Of a stretch of DNA of 64,000 nucleotides, positions 1-9,139 are shown piece by piece. The stretch covers positions 9,721 through 73,720 of the forward strand of contig DATIID010000008.1 of the NCBI GenBank assembly GCA_035480035.1, written 5' to 3'. Below the pieces are notes generated by a model. The model did not search any database and was not told where the DNA came from. It was given only the letters and a program-made list of their open reading frames with translations. The number at the start of each line of letters is the position of its first letter. The stretch's first letter is position 1. The DNA comes from Candidatus Saccharimonadales bacterium (GTDB lineage: Bacteria > Patescibacteriota > Saccharimonadia > Saccharimonadales > OMJO01). A program made the position numbers and the translations under genes.

Positions 1-83
1 CTTTGCCCATTCGGTGTTTGTCTAAGTTCGGGATCCCGAGTCAAGTTTCCCATTAAAATTACTTGGTTAAAACTACGTGCCAT
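1..83 (-). CDS. ssb: single-stranded DNA-binding protein, N-terminal fragment (gene runs off the window)
   Basis: Not in the ORF track because it is too short. The reverse strand from the ATG at 83 reads MARSFNQVILMGNLTRDPELRQTPNGQ, the canonical SSB N-terminus. AAGGAGG lies 7 nt upstream. The gene sits directly after rpsF, as in the conserved rpsF-ssb operon. Confidence 0.8.
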   Translation of the reverse strand, partial: MARSFNQVILMGNLTRDPELRQTPNGQ

Positions 84-172
84 ATGGCATCCTCCTTGTA
101 GGAACTAGGTCCCATTAATTATTGTATTTCTAAGGTACTCTTGGGCCAGTTGGCCTGTCAAGCATGAGGATT

Positions 173-562
173 TTACTCTTCTTCTTCGGTCTTTTCGTCA
201 TCGTCTTCACGCGGTTCACCGCGCTCAGCCGCCTTTTTGGCCTTTTCTTCCTTCAGCTTTTCAGCTTTGGCAATGGCCTTAAGGTCCGGCCGGACGATTA
301 GATAACGAATAACTTCGTCAGCAATGTTCAGCTCGCGCTCAACTTTACGCACGTTAAGCGTTGGCATTTCTACGGTGTAAAACACGTAGATAGCATGTTC
401 TTGCTTAGCAATTGGATAAGCTAGCTTGCGCTTGCCCCAATTGTCAGTGCTGACAATTTTACCGTCGTTGCTAGTGACAATCTTAGTCACTTTTTCCTCG
501 GCTTTGGATAGATCGACTTCCAAGTCCGGGTGATACAAGACGGCAATCTCATATTGAGCCAT
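173..562 (-). CDS. rpsF: 30S ribosomal protein S6 with an acidic C-terminal tail
   Basis: Full-length S6-like sequence (MAQYEIAVLYHPDL...KRKLAYPI...YLIVRP). GGAAGGAG Shine-Dalgarno upstream. Confidence 0.95.
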   Translation of the reverse strand: MAQYEIAVLYHPDLEVDLSKAEEKVTKIVTSNDGKIVSTDNWGKRKLAYPIAKQEHAIYVFYTVEMPTLNVRKVERELNIADEVIRYLIVRPDLKAIAKAEKLKEEKAKKAAERGEPREDDDEKTEEEE

Positions 563-633
563 CTAAACTCCTTCCTTTGGTCTCGGGCTACTCGCACAAG
601 TGGCAGTAACCTGAATTAGTTTGTAACCAAGCT

Positions 634-662
634 AGTATACGCTAATCACCCCTGTTGGTCAA
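634..662 (-). promoter_or_regulatory. sigma-70-type promoter for rpsF-ssb (TTGACC-N17-TATACT)
   Basis: On the minus strand, TTGACC is at 662..657 and TATACT at 639..634, with a 17-nt spacer. It lies about 70 nt upstream of the rpsF ATG. Confidence 0.5.
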
Positions 663-806
663 CTATATGGGTAGATGGAACACGTATCTGACTATCGACA
701 TAACTATCAATGCCATTAGAGCAACATACATCAAGTTAATACCGCCAGAAATCCAATACTCGGCGTCGGTCATTTTTGGTTTGTCTTTTTTGTCTTTTTT
801 ACTCAT
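663..806 (-). CDS. possible 47-aa small membrane protein (below the ORF-track cutoff)
   Basis: ATG at 806, 5 nt after the ftsK stop. It translates to MSKKDKKDKPKMTDAEYWISGGINLMYVALMALIVMSIVRYVFHLPI: a Lys-rich N-terminus followed by one hydrophobic helix. No homology is recognised. Confidence 0.35.
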   Translation of the reverse strand: MSKKDKKDKPKMTDAEYWISGGINLMYVALMALIVMSIVRYVFHLPI

Positions 807-811
807 TCTCG

Positions 812-3016
812 TTAACTTTCTTCAGTTTCTTCCTCATCTGGCATATCGCTGTAAACGTCATCTTCAGGTTCATCTTGACTAGTTCCGCCGCCAAAGACTT
901 CGTCAACACTACTGACTAAGACTTCGCGTGGTCGGGAGCCGTCGGCTGGGCCTACAATACCCTGTTCTTCCATGTTTTCTATTAAACGGGCGGCTTTACC
1001 GTAGCCAATCCGCAAGCGACGCTGCAGTAGACTGGTGCTGGCTTTGCGGGCATCAACTACTACTTTAACAGCATCACGGAAAATTGGTTCGTCACTACTG
1101 TCAATTTCCGCCACGATACCACCGCGACCATTAAGTTGCACTGGTTGGCTGATAATTTCATCGTCATAATTCGGTCCGCGTTGCATGCGGAGGAAGTCAG
1201 TTACCTTCTGGATTTCACTAGTTTCAATTAAGGCACCCTGGACGCGCTTTGGTTTCGGCATATCGGCCTTAGAAAACAGCATGTCGCCCATGCCGAGCAG
1301 TTTTTCGGCGCCAATCTGGTCAATGATGGTACGTGAGTCTACTTGGCTAGTCGTTGTAAAGGCGATGCGGGCTGGCACGTTAGCTTTAATTAGACCAGTA
1401 ATAACATCGACACTCGGTCGCTGAGTAGCAATCACTAAGTGAATACCCACCGCTCGAGCCTTTTGAGCAATCCGGACAATCAGGGCTTCAACGTCGCGAG
1501 CGGCCATCATCATCAGATCAGCCAATTCATCGATTACGATTACGATAAATGGCATGCCCTCGTCTTGTTTCTTCTGATTATATTCGTGAATATTCCGGCT
1601 TTTAGCTTCGGCCAGCGTGCGATAACGACGTTCCATCTCAGCCACCGCCCACTTCAAGGCACTAATGCACTTTTCCGGTTCGTTGATTACTTCAGTCAGC
1701 AAATGCGGAATATCATTATAAGGCGCTAACTCAACATGTTTCGGGTCAACCAGGATTAACTTCAAATCGCTTGGACTGTTACGGAATAACAAACTGGTTA
1801 AAATCGAGTTAATCATTACCGATTTACCAGAGTTAGTCTGACCGGCCACCAGTAAGTGAGGCATTTTGTCGAGGCTCGCCATGACTGGTTTGCCAGCAAT
1901 GTCTTTGCCGATGGCAATTTCTAGCGGATCAGTTCTTTCTTCCCAATCATCGCTAGCGAAGATACTGGCCAGTCGAACTGTGGCTGGCTTAACATTCGGT
2001 ACTTCGATACCGACGGCTTTTTTGCCCGGAATTGGTGCTTCAATCCTGATTGATTCAGCCGCCAAATCAAGCTCTAGGTTTTTGTCTAGGGCAGCGATTT
2101 TGGTCAATTTAACACCGGCCGGTGGCTTAATGGTGTACTGTGTGACACGCGGACCGACATTAGCGCCTTCCATCTCAACTTTGTAGTTAAAATTGTCGAA
2201 AGTTTCGCGAATAATGTCGGCATTGGCCTCAACATCACCGGCGTTAGCCTTGTCTTGTTTCTGATTTAACAAATCTACAGTTGGAAATTTCCAGTCTGGA
2301 TCGCTGGCCGTCGTCAAGGCCTCGTGGTTTTCGGTGGCGGCAAGTTTTTGGGCTGTATTACGGAAACTGCTCAACCTAGCATTGTCACCGTGTTCGACTG
2401 GCACACCTTCGTTTAGTTTAAATCCACCGTTATCGCCGCCAGCTTTGGCTTTCAAGTCAGCTAAATCGGTGTCTGGTTCTCGAGTTGATTTAAGCATGTC
2501 AAGCAACTTCATAATAACTTTGGGTGAAATACCAAAGGTTAGGAAGAATAATAGTACAGTTAGCACAAAAAACAGTAGTGAAGCTGGAATTTTATCCAGC
2601 GCTTGAAGCACCAGGTTACCGGTTAAAGCACCGACTTGGCCACCGTGGCCACCAGTAATTTGATTACCATTCTTAGAAGCAAACGTCACATGAAACCAGT
2701 TGCTAACCACCAGTAAAAAGCCGAGCATGCCGACCAGTTTATCAAGAGGAATATTGCGGTCTTCACTTATGAATTTGTGGATTCCAAAAAAGACTAGAGC
2801 AAGCGGCGTAAGATAAGCCGCCCAACCGAGAGCCCAGTAAGCACCTTGGAATAAACTCTTTGGTAAACTGCCGCCAGTGCCAAAACCACCAAGCAGTAAA
2901 AAGACAGCTAACACTATCATCAAAATTGCACCGGCTAGCGGCCAAAAAGCCGATTTCTTGTTAGTTTCGGTTTCGGCTTTTTTGCGTGGTTTTGTTTGTT
3001 TTTTCTTCTTTGCCAT
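812..3016 (-). CDS. ftsK: DNA translocase FtsK/SpoIIIE
   Basis: N-terminal TM helices, Walker A (GQTNSGKS) and the FtsK motor and gamma-domain pattern (LLQRRLRIGYGKAARLIE). Confidence 0.95.
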   Translation of the reverse strand: MAKKKKQTKPRKKAETETNKKSAFWPLAGAILMIVLAVFLLLGGFGTGGSLPKSLFQGAYWALGWAAYLTPLALVFFGIHKFISEDRNIPLDKLVGMLGFLLVVSNWFHVTFASKNGNQITGGHGGQVGALTGNLVLQALDKIPASLLFFVLTVLLFFLTFGISPKVIMKLLDMLKSTREPDTDLADLKAKAGGDNGGFKLNEGVPVEHGDNARLSSFRNTAQKLAATENHEALTTASDPDWKFPTVDLLNQKQDKANAGDVEANADIIRETFDNFNYKVEMEGANVGPRVTQYTIKPPAGVKLTKIAALDKNLELDLAAESIRIEAPIPGKKAVGIEVPNVKPATVRLASIFASDDWEERTDPLEIAIGKDIAGKPVMASLDKMPHLLVAGQTNSGKSVMINSILTSLLFRNSPSDLKLILVDPKHVELAPYNDIPHLLTEVINEPEKCISALKWAVAEMERRYRTLAEAKSRNIHEYNQKKQDEGMPFIVIVIDELADLMMMAARDVEALIVRIAQKARAVGIHLVIATQRPSVDVITGLIKANVPARIAFTTTSQVDSRTIIDQIGAEKLLGMGDMLFSKADMPKPKRVQGALIETSEIQKVTDFLRMQRGPNYDDEIISQPVQLNGRGGIVAEIDSSDEPIFRDAVKVVVDARKASTSLLQRRLRIGYGKAARLIENMEEQGIVGPADGSRPREVLVSSVDEVFGGGTSQDEPEDDVYSDMPDEEETEES

Positions 3017-3032
3017 CGCTGTTTATATTATA

Positions 3033-3326
3033 TCATTGTCCGGATGATTCTGGGCTCCGAAGTTTGGCCCGGCCATACTCGTGAGTATCGCGCACCAGTT
3101 CATCTTCCAACAGTAAAAATTCGTCTAAACTAATCTCGCCGGTTGTGACTGCCACACCCAAGTAAAAGCTGCGAAGCCTTAAATCATAAGGTACTTGGTC
3201 GTTTTCTGAATCCTTTCGAATTGATGCTTCGGTAATGAACCATGGTTCATCCGTCGGTACTTCAATATCATCGAATAAATCAGCTTTGGGATCGTAAACG
3301 TGACTGTTATCTATGGTTTCATCCAT
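3033..3326 (-). CDS. hypothetical acidic protein (97 aa)
   Basis: ORF with a canonical promoter placed directly upstream. No recognisable domain. Confidence 0.6.
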   Translation of the reverse strand: MDETIDNSHVYDPKADLFDDIEVPTDEPWFITEASIRKDSENDQVPYDLRLRSFYLGVAVTTGEISLDEFLLLEDELVRDTHEYGRAKLRSPESSGQ

Positions 3327-3332
3327 AACAAT

Positions 3333-3361
3333 ACTATAGCAATTATTACAACATTTGTCAA
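3333..3361 (-). promoter_or_regulatory. TTGACA-N17-TATAGT promoter with the -10 box 6 nt from the ATG (leaderless geometry)
   Basis: On the minus strand, TTGACA is at 3361..3356, the spacer is 17 nt, TATAGT is at 3338..3333, then 6 nt (attgtt), then the ATG at 3326. Confidence 0.55.
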
Positions 3362-3382
3362 TGTCGTGATGTCAATAAAAAA

Positions 3383-3402
3383 AGACCACAAGTATGAGGT
3401 CT
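3383..3402 (-). terminator. short hairpin plus U-tract, probable intrinsic terminator of the 3418..3636 gene
   Basis: The minus-strand RNA reads GAGACC-N10-GGUCUU followed by UUUUUU, just downstream of the stop at 3418. The stem is only 5-6 bp. Confidence 0.45.
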
Positions 3403-3417
3403 CTTTTTAACAAAAAT

Positions 3418-3636
3418 CTAAAGATTTTCGGTTGGTGCTACCGGAGCTGCTGGGTCAACAGGCATGCTACCATCGGATGGTGCATCGCCTTCTGGAGCTG
3501 GGCTCGGAGCTGGATCAGCGGCTGGTGCCGGAGCTGGTGCATCACCACCTACAGGTGGCATACCTACTCCTGGGTCCGCTGTTGGTAGACCTGCATCAGC
3601 TGGTGGTGTACCTGCGCTGTTATCGGCTGGATCCAT
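3418..3636 (-). CDS. hypothetical Pro/Ala/Asp-rich low-complexity protein (72 aa)
   Basis: GAAAGG lies about 10 nt upstream of the ATG and a terminator lies downstream. The strand matches its neighbours. The region is open in four frames because of GC-rich low complexity, so strand assignment rests on these signals. Confidence 0.5.
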   Translation of the reverse strand: MDPADNSAGTPPADAGLPTADPGVGMPPVGGDAPAPAPAADPAPSPAPEGDAPSDGSMPVDPAAPVAPTENL

Positions 3637-3715
3637 AATTTATGTACCTTTCTTAATTAGTTTAACTTCTTTATTTAAACAACTACCTTAATATACCCAG
3701 GATTTGACAGTTTGT

Positions 3716-4063
3716 CTAGGCGCTCACTAGGCTATCGGGTTTATCTGGTGTGGCGACTTCAGGCAACATTAGAGTTGGGGCCTGAACGTGTTCAAGCGTA
3801 GTTTCCGGAGTCGGATGCATTAGTAATGAAACTGGGGTGGCATCAATCTGAACAGGCTCAGCATTAAGTCCAGCTTGGATCATTGCTTCTTTGCCTATAA
3901 CCCGTTTTATCATTTCACCTTGTTCGCGTGAATGAAATCTAGCTTCTGATATGTCGCGAGCTTCATCTCTATTTAGGCCTACGGCAGCAACAAAAATGGG
4001 GTCGTTTTTGGAATTTAACCCAGAAAGTTGATGCGCGTTTGGGAAACTGTTGGGATCTTTCAT
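3716..4063 (-). CDS. hypothetical protein (115 aa)
   Basis: GAAAGGAA Shine-Dalgarno and its own promoter. No recognisable domain. Confidence 0.6.
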   Translation of the reverse strand: MKDPNSFPNAHQLSGLNSKNDPIFVAAVGLNRDEARDISEARFHSREQGEMIKRVIGKEAMIQAGLNAEPVQIDATPVSLLMHPTPETTLEHVQAPTLMLPEVATPDKPDSLVSA

Positions 4064-4124
4064 AGTTCCTTTCTTACTTAACGTCCAAGAATTATAGTAC
4101 TTTTTGTTTTAGGACAATATGAAT

Positions 4125-4153
4125 ATTCTAACAAATTATTGCGCTTATGTCAA
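4125..4153 (-). promoter_or_regulatory. TTGACA-N17-TAGAAT promoter for the 3716..4063 gene
   Basis: On the minus strand, TTGACA is at 4153..4148 and TAGAAT at 4130..4125. The -35 box abuts the RNase J stop codon. Confidence 0.5.
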
Positions 4154-6202
4154 TTACTGGACTTTATTTTCTTGTCCGAGTAACTTAGCCCGCAGTTCTT
4201 GGAAACGACGTTGTTGATCAGCCGCTAGATCTTCTGGCGATGGTTGTTTAGGTGCAACCACTTGCCCGTTTTGAGCCCTTTGTTGACTATTTTGGTCATT
4301 GCCATTGCCATTTGGCTTGCCACCACCAACGACATTTACAACTGGGATAACAATCGGGCTACGGCCAGTTTGTTCAAACAAGAAATGAGTCATATGATCT
4401 TTTAATTCGGCCTTGAACCGATCCAGATCAATCCGTTTAAAGCGCTGGCCAACTGCCCGCCGTAATTCGGCTCGGAAGTTGTTCATTAACTCCTCATTGT
4501 CTCTTATATATATGAATCCGCGAGTGATGATATCTGGACTGGTCAATAACTGGCCGGTCTTTTTATCAAGTGTCAAAACCACAGCTACCAAACCTTCTTC
4601 AGCTAACATCAGGCGGTCTTTAACAACCACATTACTGACCACGGCACCGGTTTGATCAACTAACAGACTGCCGTGCGGCACTTGGCCAGCATGTTCAATC
4701 TTGTCGGCGGTCAACATCAAGCTATCACCATTATTGGCTAGAATAACGTGATCGCGCGTCCAACCTTCTTCAATGGCTAGCTCGGCATGGTATTTACGGC
4801 GCAGAAATCCAGCATGAACTGGTATCACAAATTTCGGTCGAATAAGCTTAAGCATGTCACGCATCTCATCGCGACGAGCATGGCCTGACACGTGCAACGG
4901 ACCGCAACCATCTAGCTCATAGGTCGGGTGTCGAAACAAATGCAGACCCATCTTTGATAGACTATTACTTATCAGGTCGTAGCGAACCTCGTTGCCAGGG
5001 ATTGGCGATGAGCTAATCACTACCGTATCACCAGCTTTTAGTTTGATGTGTTTGTGTTCACCTTCACTCATACGCTGCAAAGCGGCGCCCGGTTCGCCCT
5101 GGCCGCCGGTACACATTACTAGTACTTTTTCATCTGGGAAATTGGAGATGTCACGCATGGCAACCATTGTGCCCTTTGGTACTTTTAAAATACCTTGACG
5201 GACAGCGATCTCGGCATAGCTCATCATGCTGCGACCATCAAAGGCAACCTTGCGGCCAGCTGCTACTGCAGCGTCGATAATCATTTGAATACGGTTCATG
5301 TTGCTCGAAAAAACTGCACAGAAGATTCGGCCGTGCGATTTGGCGATGACATCATGAAATGATTGCAATAGGGTGTGTTCGGTTGGCGTACGGCCTTCCG
5401 AGTCTGCATAACTACTCTCTGTGAGTAGTAATAGAACACCTTCGTCACCAAGTTGTTTCAGTCTATTGGTATCACTTGGCAGGTGATCCAGTGGTTCGGG
5501 ATCAAGCCGAAAATCGCCGGTGAAAATGATTCGGCCAACTGGCGTATCAATGCTGACCGAAGTGGCGTCCGGAATCGAGTGCGTGATACGGATTAGTTCG
5601 ATCATAAACACACCGACTTTGAGTTTCTCGTGATTGTCCATGTTCATAATTACCAGCTTGGGCGTGTAATGTTCGGTGCCATTAGGTACATCTTCAAAGC
5701 TTTTTTCGACAATTCCCAGGCTAAAGCGTGAGCCGTAAATTGGCGCTGGAAACATCGGTACAATGTGTTTCAAACCACCAATATGGTCCAAGTGTCCGTG
5801 GGTAACCACGTAGCCTTTAATTTTGTGGCGAATGGCTTCTAAATAGGTTGGGTCAGCAATTTCATAATTGATGCCGGGAAGATCAACGCCCAAGTTGTTG
5901 CCGCAGTCGACAATAATGGCATCGTTTTCATATTCTAAAATAGCTGTGTTTTTCTCGCCGACGTCATCTAAACCACCGAGGAAAGTCAGTTTGAGTTTGT
6001 TAAAGTCATCAACGATTACGTTGGCACGTTTTAATTTCTTAGTCTCGGCGCTGGCATATTCATTGACCAGTTTCTGGGCCATTTCGGAAGTCCGTTTTTG
6101 GGCACGAATAGCTGCCCCACGGCTGGCCCGTGGCGCCGCATGTGCACCTGGATTGGTCGGTCGAGTTGGTCTTGACTGATTGTTAGGTTGTTTGGGATTC
6201 AT
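4154..6202 (-). CDS. rnj: ribonuclease J (metallo-beta-lactamase / beta-CASP family) with low-complexity N- and C-terminal extensions
   Basis: HGHLDHIGG motif and the RNase J domain order. Basic N-terminal and Gln/Asn-rich C-terminal extensions. Confidence 0.9.
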   Translation of the reverse strand: MNPKQPNNQSRPTRPTNPGAHAAPRASRGAAIRAQKRTSEMAQKLVNEYASAETKKLKRANVIVDDFNKLKLTFLGGLDDVGEKNTAILEYENDAIIVDCGNNLGVDLPGINYEIADPTYLEAIRHKIKGYVVTHGHLDHIGGLKHIVPMFPAPIYGSRFSLGIVEKSFEDVPNGTEHYTPKLVIMNMDNHEKLKVGVFMIELIRITHSIPDATSVSIDTPVGRIIFTGDFRLDPEPLDHLPSDTNRLKQLGDEGVLLLLTESSYADSEGRTPTEHTLLQSFHDVIAKSHGRIFCAVFSSNMNRIQMIIDAAVAAGRKVAFDGRSMMSYAEIAVRQGILKVPKGTMVAMRDISNFPDEKVLVMCTGGQGEPGAALQRMSEGEHKHIKLKAGDTVVISSSPIPGNEVRYDLISNSLSKMGLHLFRHPTYELDGCGPLHVSGHARRDEMRDMLKLIRPKFVIPVHAGFLRRKYHAELAIEEGWTRDHVILANNGDSLMLTADKIEHAGQVPHGSLLVDQTGAVVSNVVVKDRLMLAEEGLVAVVLTLDKKTGQLLTSPDIITRGFIYIRDNEELMNNFRAELRRAVGQRFKRIDLDRFKAELKDHMTHFLFEQTGRSPIVIPVVNVVGGGKPNGNGNDQNSQQRAQNGQVVAPKQPSPEDLAADQQRRFQELRAKLLGQENKVQ

Positions 6203-6227
6203 TAGTTCTCCTTAAATTAATATTGTT

Positions 6228-6809
6228 TTAGTTAGTTTCGATAAGTTTGATGATGGCCGGAATTTTGGCGAAATCATCGATTAAAGTTTGGCGCATAGCA
6301 CCGTTATACAGTGCGGCCGCCGGATGGAATAGTGGCAAGTAGACTTGGCCCTTTAAGCGTTTAGGCTGGCCATGTACCGCTGAAATCTGCAGCTCCGGCA
6401 GAAAGCAATTTAAGCTATGTCGGCCGAGCGTAATGACGATTTTCGGCTGAATTATATCCAACTGAGCCTGAAGATAAGGTAAGAAAACTTCCTTTTCCTC
6501 CGGTAACGGATCGCGATTATTCGGTGGCCGATACTTTACGATATTGGTAATGTACACGTCTGAGCGCTTCAGTCCGATGGACTCGAGCATCTCGTTCAAG
6601 AATTTGCCAGCGGCTCCGACGAACGGTTTGCCCTGCTCATCCTCATTCTTGCCTGGTGCTTCACCGATTAGTACGATGTCAGCATCTGGATCGCCATCAC
6701 CAAAAACTAGTTGAGTGGCGGTCTTGGCCAGGTCTGGGCAGATATTATTTTTGATGATATCTGCCTTAATCTGATCAAGTAGATCTTGCTTAGTTTGTTT
6801 ACTTGCCAT
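6228..6809 (-). CDS. udg: uracil-DNA glycosylase, family 4
   Basis: GEAPGKNEDEQGKPFVGAAG (motif A) and FHPAAALYN (motif B). Confidence 0.9.
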   Translation of the reverse strand: MASKQTKQDLLDQIKADIIKNNICPDLAKTATQLVFGDGDPDADIVLIGEAPGKNEDEQGKPFVGAAGKFLNEMLESIGLKRSDVYITNIVKYRPPNNRDPLPEEKEVFLPYLQAQLDIIQPKIVITLGRHSLNCFLPELQISAVHGQPKRLKGQVYLPLFHPAAALYNGAMRQTLIDDFAKIPAIIKLIETN

Positions 6810-7008
6810 TTCGCTTAATTTGCACAGCTTTTATCAGAAATCTAGTGCTCAGGATTAGTAATAGGATGACAATGCCGTATTGGAATAGACTGCCGGTGTC
6901 GACAGCCCGCGTGAACATTAAATAGGCCAAAATTATGCCAATCACACCAGTTACGATGAGCGTTTTGGGGTCATCAGCTACTTGTTTAGTTGACGACAGC
7001 TTCGTCAC
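6799..7008 (-). CDS. small two-TM membrane protein (about 69 aa from the GTG; the ORF track starts at 7029)
   Basis: AAGGAG lies 5 nt upstream of the GTG at 7008. Two hydrophobic helices. It overlaps the pnp 3' end and the udg start. Confidence 0.5.
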   Translation of the reverse strand: MTKLSSTKQVADDPKTLIVTGVIGIILAYLMFTRAVDTGSLFQYGIVILLLILSTRFLIKAVQIKRNGK

Positions 7009-9139
7009 GATGACTCCTTTCTCGTTCAACGGCTTTCATGCTGAGCTGTAACCGGCCGCGATCATCAATGGCAACTAGTTTAACGGTTACTCGATCGCCT
7101 TCTTTGACCACATCGCTGGGTTTTTCAACCCGTTCTTCCTTCATTTCACTAACGTGAACAAGGCCTTCTTTGCCCGGCATAATTTCCACAAAAGCACCAA
7201 AGTCCAGTACGCTCACTACCCGACAATTTTCGTAAATTTTGCCGACCTCTGGATCGTCCGTAATGTTTTTTATCCATTGGATAGCTCCGTCGATTGATTT
7301 CTTGTCAGGGCTAGCAATGAAGACCGTACCATCGTCTTTGATATCAATTTCAGCACCAGTTTCAGCAATGATTTTATTAATCATTTCGCCACCTTTGCCA
7401 ATAACTTCACGGATTTTGTCCGGATTAATACTGATAGACTCAACCCGTGGAGCATATTCGCTCATTTCCTTACGCGGTTCAGATAAGGTGTCGAGCATGC
7501 TTTTTAAGATGAAAGCGCGGCCTTCTTTGGCTCGCATCAAAGCTTCTTTAAGTACATCGACGCTTAGACCATGGACTTTCATGTCCATTTGAAGAGCGGT
7601 AATGCCCTTCTCGGTACCTGCTACCTTAAAGTCCATGTCACCGGCAAAATCTTCGGCGTCAGCAATGTCACTTAATATAAAGACTTTGTCGCCTTCCTTC
7701 ATTAGACCCATGGCAATACCACTGACTGGCCGTTTGAGCGGTACGCCAGCATCCATCAGCGCCAAACAGCTGGAACAAGTTGCTGCCATACTGGTGCTAC
7801 CATGTTGGCTCATGATTTCGGTGACACTACGAATGGCGTATGGAAACTCCACTTCAGTCGGTAAAACCGCTGAAATCGCCCGCTCAGCCAAATAACCATG
7901 ACCAATTTCGCGGCGACCGGGACTACCCAATCGTTTAATTTCACCAACGGTGTAACCAGGTGCATTGTAATGGTGGAAATAACGACGTTCGCCGTCTCTT
8001 TCCATGGTGTCAATCATTTGCGAATAGCTTAACGGCGCTAATGTAACGACGTTCATAGCTTGAGTCATGCCTCTCGTAAACAAACTTGAACCGTGTGCAC
8101 GAGGCAAAATACCGACTTCACTCGACAGTGGTCGAATCTCGTCTAATTTACGGCCATCCGGACGAACATTTTCTTCTAAAATACCATTACGAACATCTTT
8201 GTTAGCGGCCACAGCAAAGGCTTCTTGATAAGCATTTTTAACTTCAGCAAAACCGTCACCCAGTTTCTCCTCAAAGTGAGCCATTAGATCTTGGCGAAGC
8301 TCGTGCATTTTAGCGTGACGCTCAGCGTATGGAGCCCGAATGTTTTTACCAAGCTTGCCTTTAAAGTACTCATCAACCTCTTTTTGAATGTCGGCTGGTG
8401 GCAAATCAAGTTCGAACTCCTGAGCTGTAACACTAACTTTCTTAACCAGTTCTTGCTGTAACTTAATGGCTGGTTGGATAGCTTTGTGAGCAAACTCTAG
8501 GCCGGCTACTACTTCATCTTCGGTAGCTTCGTTGGCACCAGCTTCGACCATCATGATGGCTGATTCAGTACCGGCTACAAACAGATCTAATTTACTGTTA
8601 TCCAGCTCTTCCAGGCTCATAAAGGCAGTTGGGTTGCCGTCTTTTAGACCAACACGTACACCGGCGACTGGACCTTCAAATGGTGCGCCGGTTAGCATTA
8701 GTGCGGCGCTCATGGCAATCATGGCGATAGCATCTGGCCGAAAATTAGGATCCAGGCTCAAAACCGTAGCTACACCTTGAACTTCGTGTCGATAACCCTT
8801 TGGCCAGAGTGGTCGAATCGGTCGGTCAATTAACCTTCCAATCAGCACCGCATCGTCTGATGGTCGACCCTCACGCTTAATATAACGACTGCCGCTAATC
8901 TTGCCAGCCGCGTAAAATTTCTCTTCATAATCAATACTCAATGGAAAGTAGTCAAAACCTGCTAATGAGTTCTGACTAACTTCAGCTGTGCCGAGTACAA
9001 CGGCGTCGCCGTATTTAGCCATGACCATAGCTGTGGTTCGAAAACCAACACGGTTAACTTCTAGTGTCAGTGTCTTACCACAAAACTCAGTGGTTACACT
9101 GATTATTTCTTTACCTTCGGGATTTATGGTTTTTCCCAT
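6986..9139 (-). CDS. pnp: polyribonucleotide nucleotidyltransferase (PNPase)
   Basis: Two RNase PH domains plus KH and S1. I prefer the start at the ATG at 9139 (MGKTINPEG), which has GAAAGGAA upstream. The ORF track starts at 9160. Confidence 0.97.
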   Translation of the reverse strand: MGKTINPEGKEIISVTTEFCGKTLTLEVNRVGFRTTAMVMAKYGDAVVLGTAEVSQNSLAGFDYFPLSIDYEEKFYAAGKISGSRYIKREGRPSDDAVLIGRLIDRPIRPLWPKGYRHEVQGVATVLSLDPNFRPDAIAMIAMSAALMLTGAPFEGPVAGVRVGLKDGNPTAFMSLEELDNSKLDLFVAGTESAIMMVEAGANEATEDEVVAGLEFAHKAIQPAIKLQQELVKKVSVTAQEFELDLPPADIQKEVDEYFKGKLGKNIRAPYAERHAKMHELRQDLMAHFEEKLGDGFAEVKNAYQEAFAVAANKDVRNGILEENVRPDGRKLDEIRPLSSEVGILPRAHGSSLFTRGMTQAMNVVTLAPLSYSQMIDTMERDGERRYFHHYNAPGYTVGEIKRLGSPGRREIGHGYLAERAISAVLPTEVEFPYAIRSVTEIMSQHGSTSMAATCSSCLALMDAGVPLKRPVSGIAMGLMKEGDKVFILSDIADAEDFAGDMDFKVAGTEKGITALQMDMKVHGLSVDVLKEALMRAKEGRAFILKSMLDTLSEPRKEMSEYAPRVESISINPDKIREVIGKGGEMINKIIAETGAEIDIKDDGTVFIASPDKKSIDGAIQWIKNITDDPEVGKIYENCRVVSVLDFGAFVEIMPGKEGLVHVSEMKEERVEKPSDVVKEGDRVTVKLVAIDDRGRLQLSMKAVERERSHRDEAVVN

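Noticed and set aside
141-163. The GGCC-AGTT-GGCC hairpin between rpsF and ssb as a terminator.
   Set aside because: The stem is very short (4-5 bp) with no U-tract, and ssb is expected to be co-transcribed with rpsF.
655-882. A 75-aa plus-strand ORF spanning the ftsK 3' end.
   Set aside because: It overlaps the ftsK C-terminus and the rpsF promoter, and has no Shine-Dalgarno. The minus-strand 47-aa ORF fits the local signals better.
1185-2606. Plus-strand ORFs inside ftsK (1185..1424, 1439..1729, 1866..2186, 2334..2606) and the same-strand ORF at 2763..2945.
   Set aside because: They lie entirely within a well-supported FtsK coding region. Their composition is low-complexity Ser/Leu/Ala-rich, typical of antisense frames, and they have no expression signals.
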